A stretch of DNA of 64,000 nucleotides from Anaerolineales bacterium (GCA_013360875.1 JABWAU010000001.1:40835-104834), one strand, 5' to 3'. Numbered from the stretch's first letter, positions 23,847 through 33,372 are shown. Notes: a model not told the origin generated them from the letters alone. Translations and numbers: made by a program.

Positions 23847-26800
23847 ATGCAGTTCATCGCCTCGCTGTTGACCCATCTTCCATATCTCAATTCCATCCCG
23901 TTGGCGGGGTGGCTGATGTGGTTTGGGATGGCGGGTCTGCTGGGGGTGGCGCTGTATTCCTGGAGGAAATATCAAACCGAATGGAACGCTCGCGCGTGGA
24001 GTTTGCTCGGCGTTCTTTTTGTCGCCCAGGTCGTCGGGACGTTGTTCTTCGGCGTGGAGTTTTCCACCTCCGCGTTGCCGGCGCCGGGCTTGCCGGAGGA
24101 ACCGCCCGGCTCGACGATGATGTTCTTTTCCGCCATCCCATGGACTCTGGCGGGCGGCTGGCTGGGACCGATCGCCGCCTCCGCGCTCGGCATGGTCGGC
24201 GGGTTGCTGCGCGGGGTGTGGGATACGCACAATCTGTTCACGGTTCTCGATCTCGGTTTGATGGGGGCTTTGTTCGCGGTCTTCGCGCGGCAGAAATACC
24301 GCACTCCGTTCTATCGTCTATTGCGCCAGCCCCTGGCGGGCGCGCTCATCCTGATCGTCCTGCACGTGATCGTGTTCATGTTCAGCGCGTTCTTCACCGC
24401 CTCCTCGCTCGCCTCGGTCACCGAACGGCTGGACTACGCCATCAGCAACGCCGGCGCGGCGGCGTTGACTTTCGGCGGCGAAATGTTCCTCGCGGGACTC
24501 GCGGCGCAGGCGGTCTCCATTGCCTTCCCCGCGCAGTGGGGCGGACCCGGCGCGCTGGAGCCTTCGCCCGCGGAGAAAAGCATCGAGACGCGTTTCATCT
24601 CCGGCACCGGTACGATCATTTCCATCCTGCTGGTCACGCTCCTGCTGGGAGACTGGATCATCGCCGGGCGCGCCGCCCGCAGCCTGCTGGAGGCACGCCT
24701 GGCAGGCGTGGCGCAAGTCGGCTCTCAGAGTGTGCCGTTCTTCCTCGAAGCGGGGCAGAATCTCGTGAGTCAGATCGCCTCCGATCCGCAATTGAACGAA
24801 GACCCGGCCGGCCTGTCCGAATTGCTCGGCAGGCAGATGCGCTCCGTCCCCTATTTCAATCAATTGATCCTGATTGATCTTCGATCCAATATCGTCCTTG
24901 CAAGTTACCCTGCCGGGGTTTCGTCCCAATTGACCGCCCAGGAGGAAACGGGGGTCATTCTCTCCGCGCAGGGCGTCCCGAATCAAATGTATTCCATCCC
25001 GCCTGAAGCGGACGGCGCGGCGCGCATTTCGTTCCTCGCAACCCTGCCCGGCGCGGGACGCGTCCTCATCGCCCGCACCGACCTGCAAACCAACCCCTAC
25101 ATGCGCTCGCTGGTCAACAGCCTGAACAGCCTGCGGGAATTGAACGGCGCGGGATTCCTCGTGGACGACCAGGGCGTCATCCTTTATCACCCTCAAGCCT
25201 CGCAGATCATGACCCAATATGCCGGAGGCAACGCCTCGCAAACCGGCTTGAGCGAGGAGACCGCCTCGAACGGCGTCCGGCAATTGGTCTATCGCCAGCC
25301 GGTGCCGGGGCATCCCTGGTTCATTGTGCTGACCGTCCCCGCGCAGGAGGCGCAGCAGATCGCCATTCAGATCGCGCTGCCCATCTCGGTTATGATCGTC
25401 GTGCTGGGGGTGTTCGCGCTGGTCTCGCTGCGGTTGAGCCTGCGCGCCGTCACCGGTTCGTTGCAGAGCCTCGCGGCGGAGGCGAAACACATCGCGGCCG
25501 GCAAACTGGATCGCTCCCTTCAGACCGACGGCGTGGACGAGGTCGGCGAACTACGCCGCGCCTTCGAGCAGATGCGCCTCAGTTTGCAGGGGCGCCTCGA
25601 CGAACTGAACCGCCTGCTGGTCGTCAGCCAGGGCGTCGCCTCCACGCTTCAACTCGATCAGGCGCTGGAGGTCATCCTCAAAGCCGTCGTGGAAAGCGGC
25701 GCCAGCGCGGCGCGCATCGTCCTCGTGCGGGATATGATCCCCGGCCTGGTTGAGATTCCCTTCCGGTATTCGAGCGGACCTGAAAAGGACGCGTACATGC
25801 ACCTGGACCAGCAGATCCTCGCGCTCACCGAAAAGCAGGAACGGCTCGTCATGGCGGTTCTTTCGCGGACCCGGGGCCTGGATCTCGACCCAAACCTGCC
25901 CCACCCCGAATCCCTGTCCGCGGTGGCGCTCCGACACGAGAACCGTTACTTCGGTGTGTTGTGGGCGGCGTATAAAAAGCAGAAGGTCTTTGGAGAATCC
26001 GACCTCCGCTTCATCGCCACGCTGGCGAGCCAGGCGGCTTTGGCGGTCGCCAACATCCGCCTGTTCCTTGCGGTGGACGCGGGCAGGCGTCAATTGGAGA
26101 CCATCCTCAACTCCACACCGGATCCGGTGCTGGTCACAGACGCGTCCAACCGTCTCGTGCTGGTCAACCCGGCGGCGGGTCACCTCTTCAACGTGGTCAT
26201 TCGCCGCGGCGAACGCCAGGATCTGCAACGCACGATCCCGATCAAGCCGCTGTACGACTTGCTCATGGCGACCTCCGAGGACGGCAGCACCTCCGAGATC
26301 AAAATGCCGAATGGCAGGACCTATCTCGCTACCGCCTCCGCCATGACCGCCGAAGACCGCACGGTGGGACGCGTGTGCATCCTGCGCGACGTGACGCAAC
26401 TCAAGGAGATAGACTCTTTGAAGTCCGATTTCGTCTCCACCGTGAGCCACGACTTGCGCTCGCCGTTGACGCTGATGCGCGGCTACGCCACCATGCTCGA
26501 AATGGCGGGCGAATTGAACGACCAGCAGAAGAGTTACGTCAGGATGATCGTGCAGGGCGTGGAGAACATGTCGAAACTCGTCAGCAACCTGCTCGATCTG
26601 GGACGCATTGACTTCGGCGTCGGTTTGCAGGTGGAAAGCATCCCTGTGCTGGATATCATCGAACGCGTCACCGGCGCGTTGCAATTGCTCGCGCGGAACA
26701 AGGAGATCGCGCTGTCCGTCGAGATTCCGCGCGATATGCCTCACGCCGTGGAAGCCGACCAGGCGCTGTTGCACCAGGCGGTTTACAACCTCGTGGAGAA

Positions 26801-27128
26801 CGCCATCAAGTACACGCCCAATGGCGGCGAAGTGACCCTCCACCTGCTGACCGCCCCGGACACCCTGACCTTTGCGATCCGGGATACCGGCATTGGCATC
26901 CAACCGGAGGATATGAAGCGCATGTTCGAGAAGTTCTACCGCGGCACCCACCGCGAAGCGCTCGCGCAACGCGGCACCGGGCTGGGCCTCGCCATCGTTA
27001 AATCCGTCGCGGAACGCCATCGCGGCAAGGTCTGGGTGGAAAGCGAACTGGGAAAGGGAAGCGTCTTCTATTTGCAGATCCCGCTTACGCAGCCGAAGGA
27101 AGCGACAGGAGAAATCGAATCCCGTTAA
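23847..27128 (+). CDS. Multidomain sensor histidine kinase (N-terminal polytopic module, periplasmic-type sensor, HAMP, GAF, PAS, HisKA, HATPase_c)
   Basis: H-box VSHDLRSPL, N-box LVENAIKYTPNGG, DTGIGI, GTGLGLAIV, and a HAMP-like AAGKLDRSLQTDGVDEVGEL. Confidence 0.85.
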   Translation: MQFIASLLTHLPYLNSIPLAGWLMWFGMAGLLGVALYSWRKYQTEWNARAWSLLGVLFVAQVVGTLFFGVEFSTSALPAPGLPEEPPGSTMMFFSAIPWTLAGGWLGPIAASALGMVGGLLRGVWDTHNLFTVLDLGLMGALFAVFARQKYRTPFYRLLRQPLAGALILIVLHVIVFMFSAFFTASSLASVTERLDYAISNAGAAALTFGGEMFLAGLAAQAVSIAFPAQWGGPGALEPSPAEKSIETRFISGTGTIISILLVTLLLGDWIIAGRAARSLLEARLAGVAQVGSQSVPFFLEAGQNLVSQIASDPQLNEDPAGLSELLGRQMRSVPYFNQLILIDLRSNIVLASYPAGVSSQLTAQEETGVILSAQGVPNQMYSIPPEADGAARISFLATLPGAGRVLIARTDLQTNPYMRSLVNSLNSLRELNGAGFLVDDQGVILYHPQASQIMTQYAGGNASQTGLSEETASNGVRQLVYRQPVPGHPWFIVLTVPAQEAQQIAIQIALPISVMIVVLGVFALVSLRLSLRAVTGSLQSLAAEAKHIAAGKLDRSLQTDGVDEVGELRRAFEQMRLSLQGRLDELNRLLVVSQGVASTLQLDQALEVILKAVVESGASAARIVLVRDMIPGLVEIPFRYSSGPEKDAYMHLDQQILALTEKQERLVMAVLSRTRGLDLDPNLPHPESLSAVALRHENRYFGVLWAAYKKQKVFGESDLRFIATLASQAALAVANIRLFLAVDAGRRQLETILNSTPDPVLVTDASNRLVLVNPAAGHLFNVVIRRGERQDLQRTIPIKPLYDLLMATSEDGSTSEIKMPNGRTYLATASAMTAEDRTVGRVCILRDVTQLKEIDSLKSDFVSTVSHDLRSPLTLMRGYATMLEMAGELNDQQKSYVRMIVQGVENMSKLVSNLLDLGRIDFGVGLQVESIPVLDIIERVTGALQLLARNKEIALSVEIPRDMPHAVEADQALLHQAVYNLVENAIKYTPNGGEVTLHLLTAPDTLTFAIRDTGIGIQPEDMKRMFEKFYRGTHREALAQRGTGLGLAIVKSVAERHRGKVWVESELGKGSVFYLQIPLTQPKEATGEIESR

Positions 27129-27141
27129 ATTCAAATTGGCG

Positions 27142-27147
27142 TATAAT
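27142..27147 (+). promoter_or_regulatory. TATAAT -10 box upstream of kimA-like copy 1
   Basis: TCAAATTGGCGTATAAT, the same upstream context as at 23823-23839. Confidence 0.4.
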
Positions 27148-27186
27148 ACGGCATCCATGCCAGGGCGTGGAATCTTCCGTGAAAAC

Positions 27187-29136
27187 ATGATCGACCCTGA
27201 AGACAATCAAGATACGTCCCTCATTCACCGCACCACCGAATACAAACCCCCGCGCAACCTCAGTCATTATCTGATTGGACGTCCACTCCAAACCGCGGAC
27301 GCGCCCCACCAGACCATCGGCAAAGCGGTCGGGCTGGCGGTCTTCGCCTCGGACGCGCTTTCGTCCACCGCGTACGCGACGCAGGAGATCCTTGTCATCC
27401 TCGCTGCGGCGGGGACGATCGCCTTCGGGTACGTTTTCCCCATCTCCATCGTCATCGTCGGCTTGCTGACGATCGTGGTTATTTCATACGAACAGATCAT
27501 CCACGCCTATCCCGACGGCGGAGGCGCGTACATCGTCGCGTACGACAATCTCGGTCATTTCCCGGCGCTGGTCGCCGCTGCCGCGTTGCTGACGGATTAC
27601 ATCCTCACCGTTTCGGTTTCCATCTCCTCGGGCGTGGCGCAGATCGTTTCCGCCTACCCCACTCTGTTCCCCTACCGCGTGCTGATGTGCGTGGCTTTCG
27701 TCGCGCTGATAACGCTCATCAACCTGAGGGGCGTCCGGGAATCGGGCGCCGCGTTCGCCGTCCCAAGTTATTTCTTCATCGTCATCATGTTCATCACGCT
27801 TGGAACGGGTTTCTTCCGTGTGTTGACCGGGTCGCTGGGAACGTTGACGAACCCGCCGGAGATCGAACATTTCGGCGAGGCGGTTTCCGGGGTGACGGCG
27901 TTCCTGCTCCTGCACGCCTTTTCCAGCGGCACCGCCGCGTTGACCGGCGTGGAGGCGATCTCGAACGGCATCACCGCCTTCAAGGAACCGCGCAGCCGCA
28001 ACGCGGGCATCACCCTCATCTGGATGGCGTTCATCCTCGGCATCCTCTTCATGGGCATCTCGTTCCTCGCCCGCGAGATCAAAGCCGTGCCGTCCGAAGT
28101 GGAAACGGTCATCTCGCAACTGGCGCGCACGGTTTTCGATGGGCAGGGGTTGTTCTACCTGTTCGTCATCATCGGCACGACGGTCATCCTGATCCTTGCC
28201 GCGAACACCGCATACGCGGGTTTCCCGCGTTTGAGCGCGGTGCTTGCCAAAGACGGGTTCATGCCGCGCCAGTTGACCTATCGCGGGAGCCGCCTGGTCT
28301 ATTCGTATGGCATCGTGTCGCTCGGCGCGGCGGCATCCATTTTGATCGTCATCTTCCAGGCAAGCGTCTCGCGGTTGATCCCGCTCTATGCCATCGGCGT
28401 TTTTCTGTCCTTTACGCTCGCGCAGGCGGGCATGGCGCGCCGCTGGCGGCGCTCGGGTCAACTTAAGGACGAAGGCAAGACGTCCGTGTCCGCTCATACG
28501 TTGAAATACGACCGTAAATGGAGATTGAAGATGATCAGCAACGGCTTCGGCGCGCTCTGCACGTTCATTGTGATGTGCGTCTTTGCCGTGACGAAATTCC
28601 GCGACGGCGCGTGGATCGTCCTGATCCTCACGCCGGTCCTGATCGTCATCTTCCTGTGGATCCGCCGCCATTACACCGGACTGGCGAAACGCCTCTCACT
28701 GGAACATTACGGGGAACCGCCGCCCTACGACATTCGCCACCGCGTCATCGTCCCCATCAGCAACGTGCATCAGGGGACGCTCGCCGCGCTCCGTTATGCG
28801 CGCATGTTGTCGGATGACATCACAGCCGTCCACATTTCGATGGAACCGGACGATACGGAAAAGGTCCGAAACAAGTGGGAGACGTGGGGACGCGGGAACC
28901 GCCTCGTCATTGTGGATTCCCCCTACCGCCTCTTCCTGGAACCATTGCTGGACTACATCCACGACATTCTCGCCAGCCGACAGCCCAACGAGACCATTAC
29001 CATCGTGGTGCCTCATTTCGTCCCCACGAAAAAGATCCACAACGTATTACACATGCAGACCGCCGAAATGCTCCGCCGCGAACTGCTATCCACGCCGGGT
29101 GTGATCATTACCGAAGTGCCTTATCAGGTTCCTTAG
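27187..29136 (+). CDS. kimA: KimA (YdaO)-like APC-superfamily K+ importer with C-terminal cytoplasmic domain, copy 1
   Basis: Recalled KimA blocks: LIGRPL, SDALSSTAYATQEI, SYEQIIHAYPDGGGAYIV, TDYILTVSVSIS, AFSSGTAALTGVEAISNGITAFKEP, LIPLYAIGVF. Start chosen by alignment with copy 2 (MIDPEDNQ vs MLIPENNQ); alternative starts at 27136 and 27157. Confidence 0.7.
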   Translation: MIDPEDNQDTSLIHRTTEYKPPRNLSHYLIGRPLQTADAPHQTIGKAVGLAVFASDALSSTAYATQEILVILAAAGTIAFGYVFPISIVIVGLLTIVVISYEQIIHAYPDGGGAYIVAYDNLGHFPALVAAAALLTDYILTVSVSISSGVAQIVSAYPTLFPYRVLMCVAFVALITLINLRGVRESGAAFAVPSYFFIVIMFITLGTGFFRVLTGSLGTLTNPPEIEHFGEAVSGVTAFLLLHAFSSGTAALTGVEAISNGITAFKEPRSRNAGITLIWMAFILGILFMGISFLAREIKAVPSEVETVISQLARTVFDGQGLFYLFVIIGTTVILILAANTAYAGFPRLSAVLAKDGFMPRQLTYRGSRLVYSYGIVSLGAAASILIVIFQASVSRLIPLYAIGVFLSFTLAQAGMARRWRRSGQLKDEGKTSVSAHTLKYDRKWRLKMISNGFGALCTFIVMCVFAVTKFRDGAWIVLILTPVLIVIFLWIRRHYTGLAKRLSLEHYGEPPPYDIRHRVIVPISNVHQGTLAALRYARMLSDDITAVHISMEPDDTEKVRNKWETWGRGNRLVIVDSPYRLFLEPLLDYIHDILASRQPNETITIVVPHFVPTKKIHNVLHMQTAEMLRRELLSTPGVIITEVPYQVP

Positions 29137-29137
29137 T

Positions 29138-29255
29138 ATTACAGCGCAAAGTCCGACGCTAGAGAGCGTCGGTTACGCTTCGGCGTAGGCGGACGTTCTC
29201 CCCTGGCACCGCCCGCCAGGGCAGGTGTAACGTCCGCCCAACCTTGCGCTGTAAT
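29138..29255. repeat. 118-bp compound palindromic element between the two kimA-like genes
   Basis: Outer arms ATTACAGCGCAA / TTGCGCTGTAAT. Inner hairpins CCGACGCT-AGAG-AGCGTCGG, TACGC-TTCG-GCGTA and GGCGGACGTT...AACGTCCGCC. Confidence 0.7.
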
Positions 29256-29287
29256 GTTAGGCAGGTCCCGTTTTTTGCGGATTGGGC

Positions 29288-29293
29288 TATAAT
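29288..29293 (+). promoter_or_regulatory. TATAAT -10 box upstream of kimA-like copy 2
   Basis: GATTGGGCTATAAT, about 58 nt before ATG 29352. Confidence 0.4.
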
Positions 29294-29351
29294 GCCCGTC
29301 GCTCCTCGCCTCGTGCGGGGGTGTCTTTTTTGTCGGCGAAAGAAAAAAAGC

Positions 29352-31310
29352 ATGTTAATTCCTGAAAACAATCAAACTGAGATCCTGCGGCGGCAGAGCG
29401 AGTACAAACCGCCGCGCTCGCTGAGTCACTGGTTTATCGGGCGGCCCCTTTCCACGGCAGACGCTCCTCATCAGACCATCGGCAAGAGGATCGGTCTGGC
29501 GGTCTTTGCCTCCGACGCTTTATCCTCCACTGCGTATGCAACACAGGAGATCATGGTCATCCTCGCGGTCGCGGGGACGATGGCGTTCGGATACGTCTTT
29601 CCCATCTCCATTGCAATTGTCGTCCTGATGACCATCGTAACCATCTCCTACGAACAAACCATTCACGCCTACCCGGATGGAGGCGGCGCGTACATCGTCT
29701 CGCGCGACAACCTGGGCGAAATGCCCGCACAGATCGCGGGCGCGGCGCTCCTCACCGATTACATCCTGACCGTTGCCGTATCCATTTCGGCGGGGGTGGC
29801 GCAGATCGTCTCGGCGTACCCGGAACTTTTCCCGTACCGTGTCGGGATGTCGGTGGCGGCTGTCTTCTTGATCATGTTGATCAACCTGCGGGGCGTAAAG
29901 GAATCGGGCGTTGCGTTTTCCATCCCGACCTATTTTTTCATCGCAATGATGTTCATCACTGTGGGGGCGGGTTTGGCGCGTCATCTCACCGGGACGCTGG
30001 GGGTGGTCGTTGACCCGCCTCGCCTCGAGATGGATGGGATCGTTTCCGCGCTCACGCCCTTCATCATCCTGCACGCCTTTTCGAGCGGCACCGCCGCCCT
30101 GACCGGCATCGAAGCGATCTCGAACGGCATCACCGCCTTCAAGGAACCGCGCAGCCGCAACGCGGGCATCACGTTGATCTGGATGGCGGTGATCCTGGCA
30201 ACGCTGTTTCTGAGCATTTCGTTCCTCGCCAATCACATCGGCGCGATCCCCTCCGAAACGGAGACCGTGATCTCCCAACTGGGGCGCACTGTTTTCAGCG
30301 GGCGCGGCATTCCATACCTGATGGTCATTACCGCGACCACGGTCATCCTCATCATGGCGGCGAACACCGCCTTTGCAGATTTTCCCCGCCTGAGCGCGCT
30401 CGTCGCAAAGGACGGCTTCCTGCCGCGCCAATTGACCTTTCGCGGCAGCCGTCTCGTCTATTCCAACGGGATCGTCACGCTTGCGATCATCGCCTCCGTC
30501 CTTATCATCATATTCAACGCCAGCGTGACCTTGCTGATTCCCCTCTATGCCATCGGCGTATTCCTTTCCTTCACGCTTTCACAGACCGGCATGGCACGCC
30601 GCTGGTGGAAGATTGGTCATCTCCGGGAAGGTGAGGAGATCCACGAACCCGGTTCGATCCTGCGTTATGATAAGAGGTGGCGGATAAAAATGATCGTCAA
30701 CGGTTTCGGCGCCGTTTGCACATCCATCGTCATGATGATATTCGCCGTGACCAAGTTCGCCGAAGGCGCCTGGATCGTTCTCATCATCATTCCGTTCCTC
30801 GTCAGGATGTTCTTTACGATCCATCACCATTACAGGGACCTCGCCTCCCACCTCACGCTGGAAAAGTTCAGCGGCTTGCCCGCCCGGCAGCCTCGTCACC
30901 GCGTGATCATGCCCGTCAGCGGCATTCACCAGGGAACGCTGGAAGGCTTGCGTTACGCAAAACTTCTTTCCGACGACGTGACCGCTGTCCACGTTTCGAT
31001 TGACGACGAGGAAGCCGAAAAGGTGCAGAAGAAATGGAAGACCTGGGGGGAGGGAACTCGCCTGGTAGTTCTCGATTCGCCCTTCCGCCTCTTCGTCGAA
31101 CCCCTGCTCGAATACCTGGAGGAGATCATTGACAACCGCCAGCCCAACGAGACCATTACCGTTGTCGTTCCCCAATTCATCCCCTCGAAGCGCTGGCATC
31201 ACGCCCTTCACATGCGGACAGCGGAAGTTCTGCGGCAGGAGTTGTTGTCCAAGCACGGGGTCGTCGTCACGGACGTTCCCTATCACGTGCATAAGGAAGA
31301 AAAGGAGTAA
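29352..31310 (+). CDS. kimA: KimA (YdaO)-like APC-superfamily K+ importer, copy 2
   Basis: Collinear with copy 1 over its full length, with the same conserved blocks and C-terminal domain (RVIMPVSGIHQGTLEGLRYAKLLSDDVTAVHVS). Confidence 0.7.
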   Translation: MLIPENNQTEILRRQSEYKPPRSLSHWFIGRPLSTADAPHQTIGKRIGLAVFASDALSSTAYATQEIMVILAVAGTMAFGYVFPISIAIVVLMTIVTISYEQTIHAYPDGGGAYIVSRDNLGEMPAQIAGAALLTDYILTVAVSISAGVAQIVSAYPELFPYRVGMSVAAVFLIMLINLRGVKESGVAFSIPTYFFIAMMFITVGAGLARHLTGTLGVVVDPPRLEMDGIVSALTPFIILHAFSSGTAALTGIEAISNGITAFKEPRSRNAGITLIWMAVILATLFLSISFLANHIGAIPSETETVISQLGRTVFSGRGIPYLMVITATTVILIMAANTAFADFPRLSALVAKDGFLPRQLTFRGSRLVYSNGIVTLAIIASVLIIIFNASVTLLIPLYAIGVFLSFTLSQTGMARRWWKIGHLREGEEIHEPGSILRYDKRWRIKMIVNGFGAVCTSIVMMIFAVTKFAEGAWIVLIIIPFLVRMFFTIHHHYRDLASHLTLEKFSGLPARQPRHRVIMPVSGIHQGTLEGLRYAKLLSDDVTAVHVSIDDEEAEKVQKKWKTWGEGTRLVVLDSPFRLFVEPLLEYLEEIIDNRQPNETITVVVPQFIPSKRWHHALHMRTAEVLRQELLSKHGVVVTDVPYHVHKEEKE

Positions 31311-31315
31311 GACCC

Positions 31316-31978
31316 ATGAATTTCATCATTGTTGGATGCGGCCGCGTAGGCGCGGAATTATCCTATCACTTGTATAAAAGCGGACATCAGGTTGTCGTCG
31401 TGGACGTCAACCGGCAGGCATTCAACCGCCTGCACCCGGATTTTCGCGGGCGCACACTGGAGGGCGAGGGACTGGCGGAAAACGTCCTCGAACGCGCCGG
31501 CATCCGCGAAGCGGACGGTCTCGCGGCAGTCACCAATTCGGACGCGCTCAACGCCGTCGTCTCCCACGCCGCGCGCGAGGCCTACAACGTACCGGTGGTG
31601 GTCGCCCGCAATTACGATCCCAACCTGCGCGGAGTGATTGAGGCGTTCGGCTTGCAGACGGTGGGTTCCACCCTGTGGGGTGCGCAACGCGTCGAGGAAT
31701 TGCTGATCAACCCGTCCGAGAAGGTGGTGTATTCCGCAGGCAACGGCGAAGTGGAGATCTATGAGATCCGCATTTCCGATGCGTGGGACGGACGCCTCCT
31801 GGACGAACTCATGGGGCCGCTCGACGAGTGCCGCGCGGTCGCTTTGACCAGAGCAGGCAGGTCATTCCTGCCGGATGCGAATGTCAAATTGCAGACCGGA
31901 GACCTGCTCAACGTTAGTTCCACGTTCAACGGCATCGGCGCGTTGACGGCGCGCCTGTCCGGGAAGATGGAGGCGTAA
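31316..31978 (+). CDS. trkA: TrkA-N/TrkA-C (RCK) K+ transport regulatory protein
   Basis: IIVGCGRVGAEL Rossmann motif and a C-terminal RCK_C-like half. AAGGAG lies inside the 3' end of the upstream gene. Confidence 0.85.
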   Translation: MNFIIVGCGRVGAELSYHLYKSGHQVVVVDVNRQAFNRLHPDFRGRTLEGEGLAENVLERAGIREADGLAAVTNSDALNAVVSHAAREAYNVPVVVARNYDPNLRGVIEAFGLQTVGSTLWGAQRVEELLINPSEKVVYSAGNGEVEIYEIRISDAWDGRLLDELMGPLDECRAVALTRAGRSFLPDANVKLQTGDLLNVSSTFNGIGALTARLSGKMEA

Positions 31979-31979
31979 C

Positions 31980-32684
31980 ATGTTCGTATTGATTGCAGGC
32001 GGCGGGCGCACGGGGGCGCGCCTCGCCAGTCTATTGCTCAACCAAAATTACAAAGTGCGCCTCATCGAGAATCGCCGCGAGCTCCTCACCCTCCTTCACC
32101 GGGAACTTCCCACGGAAACGATCTACGAGGGCCATCCCGTCGAACCCGGCGTGCTGGAGGCGGCGGGTGCGCGCGAAGCGCACGTCATCGCCGCGGTGAC
32201 CAGCAACGACGCCTTCAACCTGGCGATATGTTTCATCGCCAAGAAGTTGTTCGAAGTGCCGCGCACCATCGCGCGCGTCAACAACCCGAACAATGCCTGG
32301 CTCTTCAACGAAACCTTCAAGGTGGACGTGGCTCTCAATTCGTCCGACGTGCTGGCTCACCTGATCCAGGAGGAAATGTCCCTGGGCGACATGATGACCC
32401 TGTTCAAGATCCGCCGTGGGCGTTATTCGGTCGTGGAAGAAAAGGTGCCTGCCGGGGCGAAAGCCATCGGCGTCCAACTCAAGGACATGGACCTGGCGGA
32501 ACATTGCGTCATTGCCGCCATCATCCGCGACGGTGTGATGACCCTGCCGCGCGGCGACAGCGCTCTTCAGGAGAACGACGAGATCATTGCGGTTGCCAGC
32601 CCGGAAGGCGCAAAAAGACTTTCGGAACTGCTCGCCTTCCCGGTCTACCCGACGCGGAACGGAAAAAAACAGGACGAGTCCTGA
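31980..32684 (+). CDS. trkA: TrkA-N/TrkA-C (RCK) K+ transport regulatory protein, second paralogue
   Basis: LIAGGGRTGARLA Rossmann motif. Starts 1 nt after the previous stop. Confidence 0.85.
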   Translation: MFVLIAGGGRTGARLASLLLNQNYKVRLIENRRELLTLLHRELPTETIYEGHPVEPGVLEAAGAREAHVIAAVTSNDAFNLAICFIAKKLFEVPRTIARVNNPNNAWLFNETFKVDVALNSSDVLAHLIQEEMSLGDMMTLFKIRRGRYSVVEEKVPAGAKAIGVQLKDMDLAEHCVIAAIIRDGVMTLPRGDSALQENDEIIAVASPEGAKRLSELLAFPVYPTRNGKKQDES

Positions 32685-32685
32685 A

Positions 32686-32715
32686 TTGACCGAATCAAAG
32701 CCCTCACGGTATAAT
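32686..32715 (+). promoter_or_regulatory. Sigma70-type promoter candidate for the rpmH operon: TTGACC - 18 nt - TATAAT
   Basis: TTGACC at 32686-32691 and TATAAT at 32710-32715, 68 nt upstream of the rpmH ATG. Confidence 0.5.
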
Positions 32716-32782
32716 GTCGTGCCTTTGTTATCAAAGGTCGAGAGCGCAAACAGCAATTATTTTTGAAACGAGGAAAGAAGGA

Positions 32783-32953
32783 ATGCCAAAAAGAACGTAT
32801 CAACCGAAAATTCGCCGCCGTGTGCGCGTGCATGGATTTCGCAAACGCATGTCCACGGCGGATGGGCGCGCTGTGTTGAAACGCCGCCGCCTGCGCGGCC
32901 GCCACAAACTGACAGTCACCGCCAACGAACACGTCAAAAAGGTTCGCTGGTAA
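32783..32953 (+). CDS. rpmH: 50S ribosomal protein L34
   Basis: [56 protein letters not shown] precedes the ATG. About 11 extra C-terminal residues compared with typical L34. Confidence 0.9.
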   Translation: MPKRTYQPKIRRRVRVHGFRKRMSTADGRAVLKRRRLRGRHKLTVTANEHVKKVRW

Positions 32954-32972
32954 TCGGCGTTTAGAGTCACGG

Positions 32973-33329
32973 GTGCAGAGAAGGTTCCGTCTGACCCGGT
33001 CCGAAGATTTCAAGCGGGTGCGGCGTTCCGGCAAGTCCTATGCCCACCCGCTTGTTGTGTTGATTGCCCTGAAGAACGAGGAAAGCGAAAAGCGCGTGCG
33101 CGTGGGAGTCGCCGCCGGCCGGACGATCGGCACGGCAGTGACCCGCAACCGCGCCAAACGCCTCCTGCGCGAAGCCATGCGGACTCTCATCCCAAACGTC
33201 GCTTCAGGCTCGGACCTTATCCTGATCGCCCGACCCGCGCTTGTCAACGCGTCCCTGGAGGAAATCCGTCAGGCTTTGCTCGATCTTCTAAAGCGGGCGC
33301 GCATCCTCCATCCAGCGTATGAATCCTGA
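32973..33329 (+). CDS. rnpA: Ribonuclease P protein component
   Basis: GTG start. [25 protein letters not shown] and [12 protein letters not shown] (RNR motif). Confidence 0.85.
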   Translation: MQRRFRLTRSEDFKRVRRSGKSYAHPLVVLIALKNEESEKRVRVGVAAGRTIGTAVTRNRAKRLLREAMRTLIPNVASGSDLILIARPALVNASLEEIRQALLDLLKRARILHPAYES

Positions 33330-33372
33330 ATTTCATCTGCACGATTATTCCCACGAGCCGCGTCTGCGCGAC

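Noticed and set aside
27129-27186. c-di-AMP (ydaO/kimA-type) riboswitch upstream of the kimA-like genes
   Set aside because: The leaders implied by the TATAAT boxes are only about 30-55 nt. The 118-bp element at 29138-29255 lies upstream of the copy-2 promoter. It lacks the pseudo-twofold ACGGGG/CCCGA-type conserved cores I remember for that riboswitch, and it belongs to the REP-like family instead.
32783-32953. Frameshift or read-through in rpmH, because of the ~11 extra C-terminal residues
   Set aside because: The ORF is uninterrupted and the core L34 sequence is intact. Short C-terminal extensions are plausible, and there is no evidence for an error without comparative data.
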